DNA from: Aggregatilineales bacterium | GTDB taxonomy: Bacteria; Chloroflexota; Anaerolineae; Aggregatilineales; Phototrophicaceae | DNA: 64,000 bases | Direction of reading: 5' to 3' | NCBI GenBank assembly: GCA_965214515.1 | Contig: OZ243955.1 | Location: 2,657,773-2,721,772 of the forward strand | Shown here: in pieces, positions 37,096 to 45,842 of the stretch | Numbering within the stretch: the first letter of the stretch is position 1 | Layout of the letters: the number at the start of each line of letters is the position of its first letter | Notes under the pieces: generated by a model | Databases searched by the model: none | What the model was told of the DNA's origin: nothing | Seen by the model: only the letters and a program-made list of their open reading frames with translations | Translations under genes and position numbers: made by a program

Positions 37096-38448
37096 TCAAT
37101 CCTGTCGGGTGCTGTATTCATTGCGCTCCCACATCCGAAAGACGGCGCCTTCGTCATCCAGTTCAAAGCGCAGGGTCTCGTTGGATTGTCCCGCCTGCTT
37201 GAGGACAAAGACATGCTCCTCGTCGGTGGGTTCGAGCAGGGTGGGTGGCTCATCAATCCAATCGAGCATGACAAGCTGAAGCTGCCCGCTGCGGATAACC
37301 ACCTTCTGCCGCGCCCACTCGTTTTCATAATCCCCGACATACATCTGCCAGACAGGTTTCGCCGCCGCTTTGGGTTTTTCGGTCGCTTTGATAATCTCTG
37401 GCAGGACGAGCTTGTAGGCCTTGTTCACCGTTTCATAGGGGTCGCTGCCGAGGGCGTTGGTCAGCGCAATCACAGCGGTGTGGTGTTCGCGGCAGACCGT
37501 GAAAGCTGTCAGATAACCCGGATAGCCGCCGCCATGCCCACTGATGACCCAATCCTCGATTTTGTACAGGCCCATGCCCAAGCCATAACCGCTATCCCAG
37601 CGCTCATTCAGCCAGTGGACGCGGTGCATATCCAGCAGGGTATAAGGCGACAGCACCGCCCCCGCGCTCTTGCCCAGATGAAAGCCGGCATACTTGACCA
37701 AATCCCTGACCGAGGAGGCGAAATTGGCAGATGCCTCGAAGCCATTCATCAGCCAGAAGGGGAAGGCATCGCGCTGATAGCCCGTTTTTTCGCGGGTATA
37801 GCCAGTCGCCAGCTGCGGGTCATCGGCGCTCGGTATCGGATGAGTTTCGGTCATGCCCAGCGGATTCAGGATGTTTTGCTGCAAATAATCCGCCCATGTC
37901 TGACCGGATACCTGGGCGATAATCCCGCCCAGCAGCGAATATCCCAGATTGCTGTAGGCGAACTTTTCGCAGGGCGGGCGCGTTGGCTGGCGCTCCTTGG
38001 TGTCAGCGATAAAATCATCCCATGCTGGCGCCGCGCAATCCGTCCACATCGCATTTTTCGAATCGCGCGGCAAGCCGGAGGAGTGCGTCAGCAGATTGCG
38101 GATGGTGATTGGCGGGGCATCTTCATAGCGCAAATCGAACCAGTCGAGGTGCCGCGAGACAGGGTCGTCCAGCTTGAGCTTGTCGGCATCGCGCAGCTGG
38201 AGGATGCCGGCGGCCGTGAAAGTTTTGGTGATGCTGGCGATGCGGAAGCGTGTATCCAGCGTGACGGGCCGGCCGCCCTGAATGTCGGCCAGGCCGTATC
38301 CCTTGCCCCACAGCAACTCCCCATTATAAACCAGCCCCACAGCCAAGCCCGGCTGATGCTTTCTTTTCATGCTGTTGGCAATCCACTTGTCGAGAATATC
38401 TACAGCAGTGGCCAGGTCGGCATGTTCCTTCAGCAGTTCGTGTGTCAT
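37096..38448 (-). CDS. Serine hydrolase, beta-lactamase class C / PBP4-like family
   Basis: SxxK motif in FRIASITKTFTAAGILQL, a YSN-like YSNLGY motif, and 450 aa. Confidence 0.85.
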   Translation of the reverse strand: MTHELLKEHADLATAVDILDKWIANSMKRKHQPGLAVGLVYNGELLWGKGYGLADIQGGRPVTLDTRFRIASITKTFTAAGILQLRDADKLKLDDPVSRHLDWFDLRYEDAPPITIRNLLTHSSGLPRDSKNAMWTDCAAPAWDDFIADTKERQPTRPPCEKFAYSNLGYSLLGGIIAQVSGQTWADYLQQNILNPLGMTETHPIPSADDPQLATGYTREKTGYQRDAFPFWLMNGFEASANFASSVRDLVKYAGFHLGKSAGAVLSPYTLLDMHRVHWLNERWDSGYGLGMGLYKIEDWVISGHGGGYPGYLTAFTVCREHHTAVIALTNALGSDPYETVNKAYKLVLPEIIKATEKPKAAAKPVWQMYVGDYENEWARQKVVIRSGQLQLVMLDWIDEPPTLLEPTDEEHVFVLKQAGQSNETLRFELDDEGAVFRMWERNEYSTRQD

Positions 38449-38469
38449 CTTGTTCTCCTGTAGTCAGTT

Positions 38470-39849
38470 TCAGCCCAATGGACGCTGGCGGTCCCGCTCG
38501 ACATCGCGGAACCAGGCTTCCAGGTCCGATAGCATCGCGGCCACTTTATCGGGATGCTGCGCGGCTAAATCCTGGCGCTCAAAGGGGTCGGCGGCGATAT
38601 TGAAAAGCAGCGCTGGCGGTGGCGCGGGAACAGTTCGCGGCGGTTCAGGGTCGGGGATGGGTTCATCAAAATGCTCTGGGAAGTATTTGATGGCATGGTC
38701 GAGGGCGGTATCCACCTCGCTGACCTGCATCGCCTCTGGAATGCGCGGGCGCAGCAGTTTCCAATCGCCATCGCGCATGGCAGCGTTACAGGAGATGAGG
38801 GGTGTGTAACGATTCCACTGCCAAAAACGGCGCGGATTGATTTTGCCGCGCTCGCCGCGCAGCACGGGCAGCACATCAACCCCGTCCAGTTCAAGCTGCT
38901 GCGGCACATCCAGCCCGACCATGTTCAGCAGAGTCGGAAACCAATCGGTATAATGCACCATCTCGTCGCTGCGGATGTCGGCATCCAGCCCATCCGCCCA
39001 GCGAATGACCAGCGGGACACGGATGCCACCCTCGTAGGTCGTGCCTTTCTGCCCGTTAAAACTGTAATTGTAACGCGCCTGCGAAAAGCCGTTCCAATCG
39101 CCCAAAGCGGGGCCGTTGTCGCTGGTGAAAATCACAATCGTATTATCAGCTATCCCGTGTTCGTTCAGCTTGTCCAAAATCCGCTGCAGGCCGGCATCCA
39201 TGATTTCAATCATGGCATAGACCAGGCTCACACCGAGGCTAAAGCCCATGTCGCGGTATTTTTGGGCGGTGGCATCTGGCGCTTCGAGGGGAAAATGGGG
39301 CGCGTTATATGCCAGTTGCAGGAAAAAGGCCTCATGGTGGTGGCGGTCGATAAAGGCAGTCGCTTCATCCGTAAAGACATCCGTCAGATAATGGCCTTGG
39401 CCATATTCAATCCTGCCATTGCGCTCCAGGCGATAGCGATAATAAGGATTCCAGCCGCCCTGAAAACCAACAAATTCCTGATAGCCGCGCGAAGTCGGAT
39501 GCCAGGCACGACCCAGATTGCCATTGTGCCATTTGCCAATCAAGCCAGTGGCATAGCCGGCGTCTCCCAGGACATCCGCCAGGGTGGTTTCATCCAGCCG
39601 CAGGCGGTCAAGACCGCGTGCTTCCAGTGTGTCGATGCTGCCTGTTCGATGTGGATAGCGCCCCGTCATCAGCGCCGCCCGCGCTGGCGCACAAACGGGT
39701 GAAGCCGAATAATGCTGGGTCAGGCAGATGCCTTCCGTCACCAGCGCATCCAGGGTGGGCGTACAGGAAACCTGATTGTTGAAAATGCCAAAATCGCCAT
39801 AACCCATATCATCAGCAATTATCAAAATGATATTTGTTCCTGCGGTCAT
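38470..39849 (-). CDS. Arylsulfatase-family sulfatase (formylglycine-dependent)
   Basis: IIADDMGYGD metal site and the C-x-P-x-R formylglycine motif SPVCAPARAALMTGR. No obvious signal peptide. Confidence 0.88.
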   Translation of the reverse strand: MTAGTNIILIIADDMGYGDFGIFNNQVSCTPTLDALVTEGICLTQHYSASPVCAPARAALMTGRYPHRTGSIDTLEARGLDRLRLDETTLADVLGDAGYATGLIGKWHNGNLGRAWHPTSRGYQEFVGFQGGWNPYYRYRLERNGRIEYGQGHYLTDVFTDEATAFIDRHHHEAFFLQLAYNAPHFPLEAPDATAQKYRDMGFSLGVSLVYAMIEIMDAGLQRILDKLNEHGIADNTIVIFTSDNGPALGDWNGFSQARYNYSFNGQKGTTYEGGIRVPLVIRWADGLDADIRSDEMVHYTDWFPTLLNMVGLDVPQQLELDGVDVLPVLRGERGKINPRRFWQWNRYTPLISCNAAMRDGDWKLLRPRIPEAMQVSEVDTALDHAIKYFPEHFDEPIPDPEPPRTVPAPPPALLFNIAADPFERQDLAAQHPDKVAAMLSDLEAWFRDVERDRQRPLG

Positions 39850-40208
39850 GTCTTGTTCTCGCTGCTTTGTTCTGCCAGATGATTGCCCAGACGGAACAGC
39901 GCCTCGGTTGCGCCGAAGACAATCCTGTCGCCATCCTGGAGTATATGTGCCTCGCCGCCAGTTATCGGCTGGCTGTTGACGGCTGTTCCGTTGCTGCTGC
40001 CCAGGTCGCTGATGCTGAAACGTCCCTCGTGGCAGCTGATGAGCGCATGTTGACGGGATACGCGCATTTCGGTGATGAGGACATCGCTGGCTGCCGCCCG
40101 CCCAATGGTCGCGCTGAGGCCTTCCCGCAAGACAAACTCACGGGCGGCGCCGCTCTGCGGGTCTGACCACAGCAGTTTGGCGAGTGGGGTATTGTGTCCA
40201 TCGTCCAT
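39846..40208 (-). CDS. Stand-alone FHA domain protein
   Basis: FHA core TIGRAAASDVLI...VSRQHALI...ISDLGSSNGTAVNS. GGAGG lies 7 nt upstream of the ATG at 40208, so the track start 40250 is less likely. A minus-strand TATAAT is at 40254-40249. The stop overlaps the sulfatase start by 4 nt. Confidence 0.8.
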   Translation of the reverse strand: MDDGHNTPLAKLLWSDPQSGAAREFVLREGLSATIGRAAASDVLITEMRVSRQHALISCHEGRFSISDLGSSNGTAVNSQPITGGEAHILQDGDRIVFGATEALFRLGNHLAEQSSENKT

Positions 40209-40281
40209 CAGATGACCTCCTGTTTTGCGCTGCGCTTTATCTGCGTTCATTATAACATAAGGTTAAACAGGGGCGGGGCGC

Positions 40282-40779
40282 CTAAGGGCTCGTCCATCTC
40301 GATTGAATGTAATCCGGGCATAATTCATAAAGTGTGAAACCCTGCTGCGCCAGCCTGTCCGCTTCTTTTGCCCAATCCGTATCTGTGGCATTATAGATAG
40401 TCGCATACGGATTGAACGTCATTGCCAAGGCGATAAATTTACGATCATCAGGGTCATCAAAAGTAATCGGCACGGGCAGGATTGCATAGCCATCTTCATC
40501 AAATTCAATTTGTCTTTCCACGAGTCGATAAAAAAGGCGCCTCGTCAGTTGATTCAATAGACTTTCAGCTATTCCTCCTTTTTTGACATTGCGCCGATAT
40601 TCCGAAATAACCTTGTAGGTTGCAAACGAGTCAACGACAAGCCTATCTTCGCTCTCGATAAATTGCTGAAGCCAATCTGCACAAGCGATGATACAATCCT
40701 GTTCCTCCTCTGTATTCACTTCGCTAATCGGCTTGTCAACCATTACCCATACATTGGTATCCACTACAATATCAGCCAC
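40282..40779 (-). CDS. PIN-domain nuclease-like protein
   Basis: Four acidic PIN positions sit in the canonical contexts: VVD7TNVW, VISE60Y, DPD111D112RKFIALA and ATD133TD135W. The start is a GTG with GGAG 7 nt upstream, lying inside the 3' end of the ATPase gene (8-nt GTGGCTGA overlap). Confidence 0.7.
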   Translation of the reverse strand: MADIVVDTNVWVMVDKPISEVNTEEEQDCIIACADWLQQFIESEDRLVVDSFATYKVISEYRRNVKKGGIAESLLNQLTRRLFYRLVERQIEFDEDGYAILPVPITFDDPDDRKFIALAMTFNPYATIYNATDTDWAKEADRLAQQGFTLYELCPDYIQSRWTSP

Positions 40780-42157
40780 TCACTAACTCCTGATGGCGGC
40801 GGCCAAGTGCGGCTTTGAGCATCTTATGCAAATCGCCGCTGATATCTCCCAGGAAGTTATCGGGCCAATTGGCGATTTGCCCATACTTGTCCACTTCAAC
40901 CTCACAAAGCGTCGAACCCGCTTTCCCTGGCGCACAGAAATACAGCTTGATATTTTCGGGACGGGCGAATTCTGGTTTTGGCTCGGCAATTCGGCGCTGC
41001 AAGCGCCGCAGCAGATGTTCGCTATGGCTCTCAACAATCAGTTGCAATTCCCGCTTTTCGGCAGCATCTATCATCAAATCTGCCAGTGCGCTCTGGGCCT
41101 TGGGATGCAGATGCAATTCTGGCTGTTCGAGCAGGATAGTTGAACCTGCCGGCGCCGACAGCAGCATCGCAACCATCGGCAAGACCTGCGACACGCCAAA
41201 GCCTACATCCACCAGCGCACTTTCTGTACCGCCAATTTCCACAGTGACTTCGTAGAATCGTCCTTTTTCATCGGTCGGTTTTACATGGAGGGCATCGACA
41301 AGCTCTAATCCTTTCAGCTGATTCTCTGTTTCTTTCTGTAGCGGTTTGTTATCTCGCGCGGAAGAAACCAAAGTTGCCATCGTGTCGGCGCCGTCAGGTT
41401 CAACAACTTGTGATTTCATCTCTCCTGTCCATTGATAATAGCGTTTGGGGTATTGCCTCAAGGGGCCCAAATACGAAACTTTATCCATTAAACTTTCAAA
41501 TTCGTGATTAAAGAATAGGGTTGAAAATAGAAGGCTTCTATCAAACTTAACAATCTCATCAGGCAAAATATAACAGCTTTTGGGGAAACCAACCGTTACA
41601 GGTTCTTCGGCAACATCTTCAAAACCTAGTCGCAGTTGTTTAGCATCAAAGGGCTCAGGCAATTCAACAGTATATCTATCGCCCTTATAATGTTTGACTT
41701 TGACGGCGTATGGCTTATGACCTGTCAAATTAGCGACATAATCCAACACTTCAATGGCAATGTCACTATTTAAGTGCCAAGAGATATTATAATTTATTGA
41801 ATGAACCTCGCGGTCTCGTATATTGTAAGACATCCCGTCGCTATCGATTCTTTGTTCAAGAACACGAAAGGCTGATGAAGGATCCCAAACGAGGCTCAAT
41901 CCAATGCGCTTGCCGGTATCATGCCCATAAACCAGGTCTTCATAACTGCCAAAATCGACATAATCCCGCGGGCCGCCGCCAAAATTGATATGCTGTTTGG
42001 GGTCAAAGCTGTTGGCGGTCTGCTTGAGCAGCAGCAATGCCTGCAAGAGGGCCGTTTTGCCCGAACTGTTGACACCAAACAAGAACGTAATCGGCGCCAG
42101 GTCCATATCGAGCTTCTGCCAACCCTTGAAATTTTCCAACCCTATTTTGCGGAGCAT
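40772..42157 (-). CDS. ABC/SMC-like AAA_15/AAA_21-type ATPase with a DUF3696-like C-terminal tail
   Basis: Walker A GVNSSGKTALLQAL, Q-loop-like YLGPLRQYPKRYY, Walker B/D-loop TILLEQPELHLHP and H-loop IVESHSEHLL. The C-terminal tail is IKLYFC...VDKYGQIANWPDNFLGD. AGGAG lies 8 nt upstream of the ATG. Markedly AT-rich: lines 41461-41580 are 30-35% G+C. Confidence 0.75.
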   Translation of the reverse strand: MLRKIGLENFKGWQKLDMDLAPITFLFGVNSSGKTALLQALLLLKQTANSFDPKQHINFGGGPRDYVDFGSYEDLVYGHDTGKRIGLSLVWDPSSAFRVLEQRIDSDGMSYNIRDREVHSINYNISWHLNSDIAIEVLDYVANLTGHKPYAVKVKHYKGDRYTVELPEPFDAKQLRLGFEDVAEEPVTVGFPKSCYILPDEIVKFDRSLLFSTLFFNHEFESLMDKVSYLGPLRQYPKRYYQWTGEMKSQVVEPDGADTMATLVSSARDNKPLQKETENQLKGLELVDALHVKPTDEKGRFYEVTVEIGGTESALVDVGFGVSQVLPMVAMLLSAPAGSTILLEQPELHLHPKAQSALADLMIDAAEKRELQLIVESHSEHLLRRLQRRIAEPKPEFARPENIKLYFCAPGKAGSTLCEVEVDKYGQIANWPDNFLGDISGDLHKMLKAALGRRHQELVSG

Positions 42158-42183
42158 GATGGCTTCTCCTCTCGTCTGCCTTT

Positions 42184-42189
42184 AGTATA
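42184..42189 (-). promoter_or_regulatory. Putative -10 box (TATACT, minus strand) for the ATPase-PIN cassette
   Basis: Minus-strand TATACT lies ~27 nt upstream of the ATG at 42157, and the SD falls within the predicted short leader. The -35 element is weak. Confidence 0.3.
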
Positions 42190-42221
42190 GCAATAGTTTA
42201 AGCGGGCTTGCTGCTTGCGGC

Positions 42222-43790
42222 TTATGCGCCTATTATCGTTAAGGCATCCTCACCCAGAGCCACCATGACCCCCGCCGCAATCAGGCCATCGCCACTGCGG
42301 CGAATGCGGTCGGGTGGCAAACCCATCAGCTGCGCGATGTAGCGTGCCGTCCAAGTATGCCCGCCGCCATAATCACGGATTTCCGTCAGCTTGCGATTGC
42401 GTATGTTGTCGTTGTTGATAGCGGCGACTGTTATGCCTTGGGCGGCGAGCCACTCGCGGGTATCGCTTGCCAGGCCGACAATCGCCGTCCCGTTGAAGAC
42501 ATAAATCGCAGCGTTCTCGGCATCGGCACGCGCCTTCATTTCTGCCGGCGTCAGCTGCGACTGTGGGAAAAAGACCTGCTGAACCAGTTCGCTGATGGAG
42601 GCATAATCCGGATAGAGCAGCATTTCGCCCTGTTGGCTGATGCCCGTGGAAACATACAGGTTATCAATCACGGCATAGTGGATATTGTCCCTTTCGATTT
42701 CGCCCATCAGGAGGCCTAGGGCGATAATCTCGTCATAGCTCAGGTTGGTGCGATAATTATTCGACAGTTCTTCCCACAGGCGCGGCGCCTGCGAGACAAA
42801 ATTGAGAACGCCGCCAGCGCTTAACACCTCGGCACGAAGGGCATCCAGCACTTGCTGCTGGCGGCGTGCGCGGTCAAAATCGCCGCCTTCGGTGGCGCGG
42901 GTGCGGGCATATTGCAGCAGGCTCTCGGCATCCATCCGCTGTTCGCCCGAAGGAAAACGTACATGAATCGTGCCATAGCGGTCATCCGGATAATTGGGGT
43001 CGTCTATGGGTTCTGGCACGGTCAAGGGAACGCCATTCGGCGCCAGCGCATTAACCATTGTGGTGAAGACATCGAAGTTAATCAGCAGGTATTTATCGAC
43101 CCGTATCCCGAAATTTGTCGATACGGTTTCCATTGCCAGCGCCGGCCCGCCACCGCCAGGGTAGGCATTGACATCCCCGATGAAATTGGCGGTATTGATG
43201 CGCCCAGGCTTGAAATCAGGGATGTTCACCCACAAATCGCGCGGCAGGGACAAGACGCCGACGGTCTTGCGCACGGGGTCGATGTTGAGCAGAATCATGG
43301 TGTCGGTTCGGAAGGGACCCGTATCCCCGGTCGCGCTGCGCTGGTCAATCCCCAGCAGCAGAATCCGAATCTGGCGCGGGTCAGTAATGCGCGGCAGGCT
43401 GCTGCTTGGATTCGGCGTCGGCATCGGGGTTACGGCCACAGGCGAACTGACCGCGGGCCGCGCTTCGTTCGGGGCGGTCGGCGTGTCTGTCACGGGTGAG
43501 ATTGTGCTGGGGGCGGCTGTGAACAGCGGCTTCAGCGTCAGCAGCGGCGCTTGCTGCGGTACGGATGCTTGGTCCTCTTCGCATTGCGCGGAACTGACGC
43601 AGCGCAGCATCACCAGCGGGTCGTCCAGCAGGATGCCGGAGGCTTGCAGGTCAACGACGGTCTGGCGGGTCAGGCTGAATGTCGTCAGCGAGCAGATGCC
43701 CGCTGCCACGAACAAGACTCCCAACCCAATCAATCCCAGTAACAGTCCCGATACGCGCATGGATTGCCACCCTTGTGCTGTTTCTGTCAA
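42222..43790 (-). CDS. LCP (LytR-CpsA-Psr) family protein with a C-terminal LytR_C-like domain
   Basis: N-terminal TM helix, a P/T/S-rich linker, the LCP core LLGIDQRS...FRTDTMILLNIDP....VLSLPRDLWVNIP, and a C-terminal domain. Confidence 0.85.
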   Translation of the reverse strand: MTETAQGWQSMRVSGLLLGLIGLGVLFVAAGICSLTTFSLTRQTVVDLQASGILLDDPLVMLRCVSSAQCEEDQASVPQQAPLLTLKPLFTAAPSTISPVTDTPTAPNEARPAVSSPVAVTPMPTPNPSSSLPRITDPRQIRILLLGIDQRSATGDTGPFRTDTMILLNIDPVRKTVGVLSLPRDLWVNIPDFKPGRINTANFIGDVNAYPGGGGPALAMETVSTNFGIRVDKYLLINFDVFTTMVNALAPNGVPLTVPEPIDDPNYPDDRYGTIHVRFPSGEQRMDAESLLQYARTRATEGGDFDRARRQQQVLDALRAEVLSAGGVLNFVSQAPRLWEELSNNYRTNLSYDEIIALGLLMGEIERDNIHYAVIDNLYVSTGISQQGEMLLYPDYASISELVQQVFFPQSQLTPAEMKARADAENAAIYVFNGTAIVGLASDTREWLAAQGITVAAINNDNIRNRKLTEIRDYGGGHTWTARYIAQLMGLPPDRIRRSGDGLIAAGVMVALGEDALTIIGA

Positions 43791-43825
43791 AGCGCGAATT
43801 ATAGCACAACATCAGGGAATGTGGC

Positions 43826-44383
43826 TTATCCAAAGCGGCGGCGCAGGCTGGCGATGTATGCCTTGGCGTGGGGAATGTGAACTGGCAGATGACGGTACAT
43901 CGGACGCGGCGGCGCCACCATGATGCTTTCAACCATGCCGCCCAAATCCGTCGCGGCGGGGGTTGGATAAAAAGCCACTTCGCGCCATGCTTCATCGCTC
44001 AAACTGGCGAGCCTGTCCTCAAGTCGCTGGCTGACCCGCTGATATTCATCCAACTGCGCGGGCAGGCTGAGATGTGCGCGGTCAGCAATCCCGCCATAAT
44101 GGATTTTGATGCTTTGGCGCGGGTCTTTCATGGCATCAATCACCCAATGCTTCACTTTGCTTTGCCAGGCTGCAATGGCTTCCAGGCTGTACACCTCATA
44201 GCAGACCAGATGCGCCAGCAAGTCCTTGAAGGAACACTGCTGGTCGGCATACAAGCCATAACGGATAGTATCGCGGCGGGTCATTTCCTCATCTGTGAGC
44301 TCAGCCATCAATGCCCGCACCGATTCGTGCTCGATTTTCAGCAGGCGCAGCGCCGCAGCCCGCTTCACTGTGGCTCGCATCAT
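43826..44383 (-). CDS. ClbS/DfsB- or DinB-like four-helix-bundle protein
   Basis: The pattern ...ESVRALMAELTDEEMTRR....SFKDLLAHLVCYEVYSLEAIAAW... resembles the DUF1706/DinB superfamily. Assignment is tentative. Confidence 0.45.
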   Translation of the reverse strand: MMRATVKRAAALRLLKIEHESVRALMAELTDEEMTRRDTIRYGLYADQQCSFKDLLAHLVCYEVYSLEAIAAWQSKVKHWVIDAMKDPRQSIKIHYGGIADRAHLSLPAQLDEYQRVSQRLEDRLASLSDEAWREVAFYPTPAATDLGGMVESIMVAPPRPMYRHLPVHIPHAKAYIASLRRRFG

Positions 44384-44430
44384 TCGTCTCCTTTGTCATC
44401 AAACGGCTTGCCTTGAGTGTACCAGACACT

Positions 44431-44458
44431 TTCACGAATCAAAAATTGGCGCTACACT
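44431..44458 (+). promoter_or_regulatory. Putative promoter (TTCACG - 16 nt - TACACT) upstream of gatC
   Basis: The hexamers are at 44431-44436 and 44453-44458, 28 nt upstream of the gatC ATG. Confidence 0.3.
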
Positions 44459-44485
44459 GGGCACAAACGCGATGAAAGGTGGGGT

Positions 44486-44788
44486 ATGGCAGAAACGATT
44501 TTATCAGCAGATGATGTCCGCGCGATTGCTGACCTGGCACGGCTGGAACTTGATGAAGCCGATTTGGCGCGTTATCAAAAACAGCTGTCGGCGGTTCTGG
44601 ATTATTTTCAAAAACTGGAAGAACTGGATACCTCCCATATTGACCCGAGCTCCTCCGTCCTGCCCTTGACGAATGTCATGCGTCAGGATTGTGCCACGGC
44701 GCCCTTGTCGGTGGATGAGGTGGTCGCCAACGCCCCCGACAGCGATGGCGAGCAGTTTCGGGTGCGGGCGGTGCTGGACAGGGAATAA
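44486..44788 (+). CDS. gatC: Asp-tRNA(Asn)/Glu-tRNA(Gln) amidotransferase subunit C
   Basis: 100 aa, with LSADDVRAIADLARLELDEADLARYQKQLSAVLDYFQKLEELDT...PL and a C-terminal FRVRAVL. AAAGGTGGGG lies upstream of the ATG at 44486. Confidence 0.88.
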   Translation: MAETILSADDVRAIADLARLELDEADLARYQKQLSAVLDYFQKLEELDTSHIDPSSSVLPLTNVMRQDCATAPLSVDEVVANAPDSDGEQFRVRAVLDRE

Positions 44789-44796
44789 CCGGCCTG

Positions 44797-45735
44797 ATGT
44801 CAAAGACTGTAACTGTGGCGGTGATTCAGGCGCGGGCTGCATACTATGACCTGGGCAAGTGCGTCCAAAAGGCGGTGGCGCTCATCAGCGCGGCGGCGCG
44901 GCAAGGCGCTCAATTGGTCACCTTGGGGGAGACCTGGTTCCCCGGCTATCCAGCTTGGCTGGATTACAGTTCGGATGTGGCGCGGTGGAATCATGCCCCG
45001 ACCAAGCAGGTCTATGCGCGGCTTTATGCAAACAGCATGGCGCTGGACAGCCCCGAGATGACCCAACTGCGTCAACTGGCGCAAAAGCGCGGGATTGTCC
45101 TGCTGCTGGGCATTAACGAACGGGTGTCGGTTGGGCGCGGCAATCGCAGCCTCTACAACAGCATGATTACGATTGACGCCAGCGGCGACATCATCAATCA
45201 TCATCGCAAACTGCGCCCGACCTATACCGAGCAGATGATTTGGGCGCAGGGCGATGGCGCCGGATTGCAGGCGGCATCGACGGCTGTCGGGCGGGTGGGC
45301 GGCCTGATTTGCTGGGAACACTGGATGCCTCATGCCCGTCAGGCGCTGCACATCAGCGGCGAGCAGATTCATATCGCCATGTGGCCCGCGGTCATCGAGG
45401 CGCATCAGATTGCCAGCCGACATTATGCTTTTGAAGGCCGGACGTATGTCCTGGCTGCGGGGAGCCTGCTATCGGCAGCCGACCTGCCGGCTGAGTTCCG
45501 CTTGGATGCTGACCTACGCGGCCAGCCCAATCGGCTGCTTTTGAACGGCGGCAGCGCCATTATCGCGCCCGATGGCAGCTATCTGCTGGCGCCGGTCTAT
45601 GATGAGGAAACGATTTTAATGGCTGACTTGGACTTGACCAAAATCGTCGAAGAGCAGATGACCCTCGATGTGACCGGACATTATGCGCGTGATGACATTT
45701 TCACCTTCGAAGTCAATCGCCGGCGTCTGCAATAA
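44797..45735 (+). CDS. Nitrilase / carbon-nitrogen hydrolase family protein
   Basis: Glu-Lys-Cys triad contexts LGETWFPGYP, HRKLRPT and GLICWEHWMP. Confidence 0.88.
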   Translation: MSKTVTVAVIQARAAYYDLGKCVQKAVALISAAARQGAQLVTLGETWFPGYPAWLDYSSDVARWNHAPTKQVYARLYANSMALDSPEMTQLRQLAQKRGIVLLLGINERVSVGRGNRSLYNSMITIDASGDIINHHRKLRPTYTEQMIWAQGDGAGLQAASTAVGRVGGLICWEHWMPHARQALHISGEQIHIAMWPAVIEAHQIASRHYAFEGRTYVLAAGSLLSAADLPAEFRLDADLRGQPNRLLLNGGSAIIAPDGSYLLAPVYDEETILMADLDLTKIVEEQMTLDVTGHYARDDIFTFEVNRRRLQ

Positions 45736-45842
45736 GCTCACTGAACTTGATGTCTGCAACTTTCATTTCGGTTTTTGCGTAATTTGCTGTATAATCATAT
45801 CGAGCGTCCATTCATTCCGTCCGTAGCGCAAGGGGAAATCCC

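Noticed and set aside
40255-42225. Search for direct repeats or att-like sites flanking the AT-rich ATPase-PIN island (GTTAAACAGGGGC at the left edge versus GTTTAAGCGGGC at the right edge).
   Set aside because: The similarity is short and imperfect, so it cannot be distinguished from chance by eye. No integrase or tRNA is adjacent. The acquisition mechanism is therefore left open.
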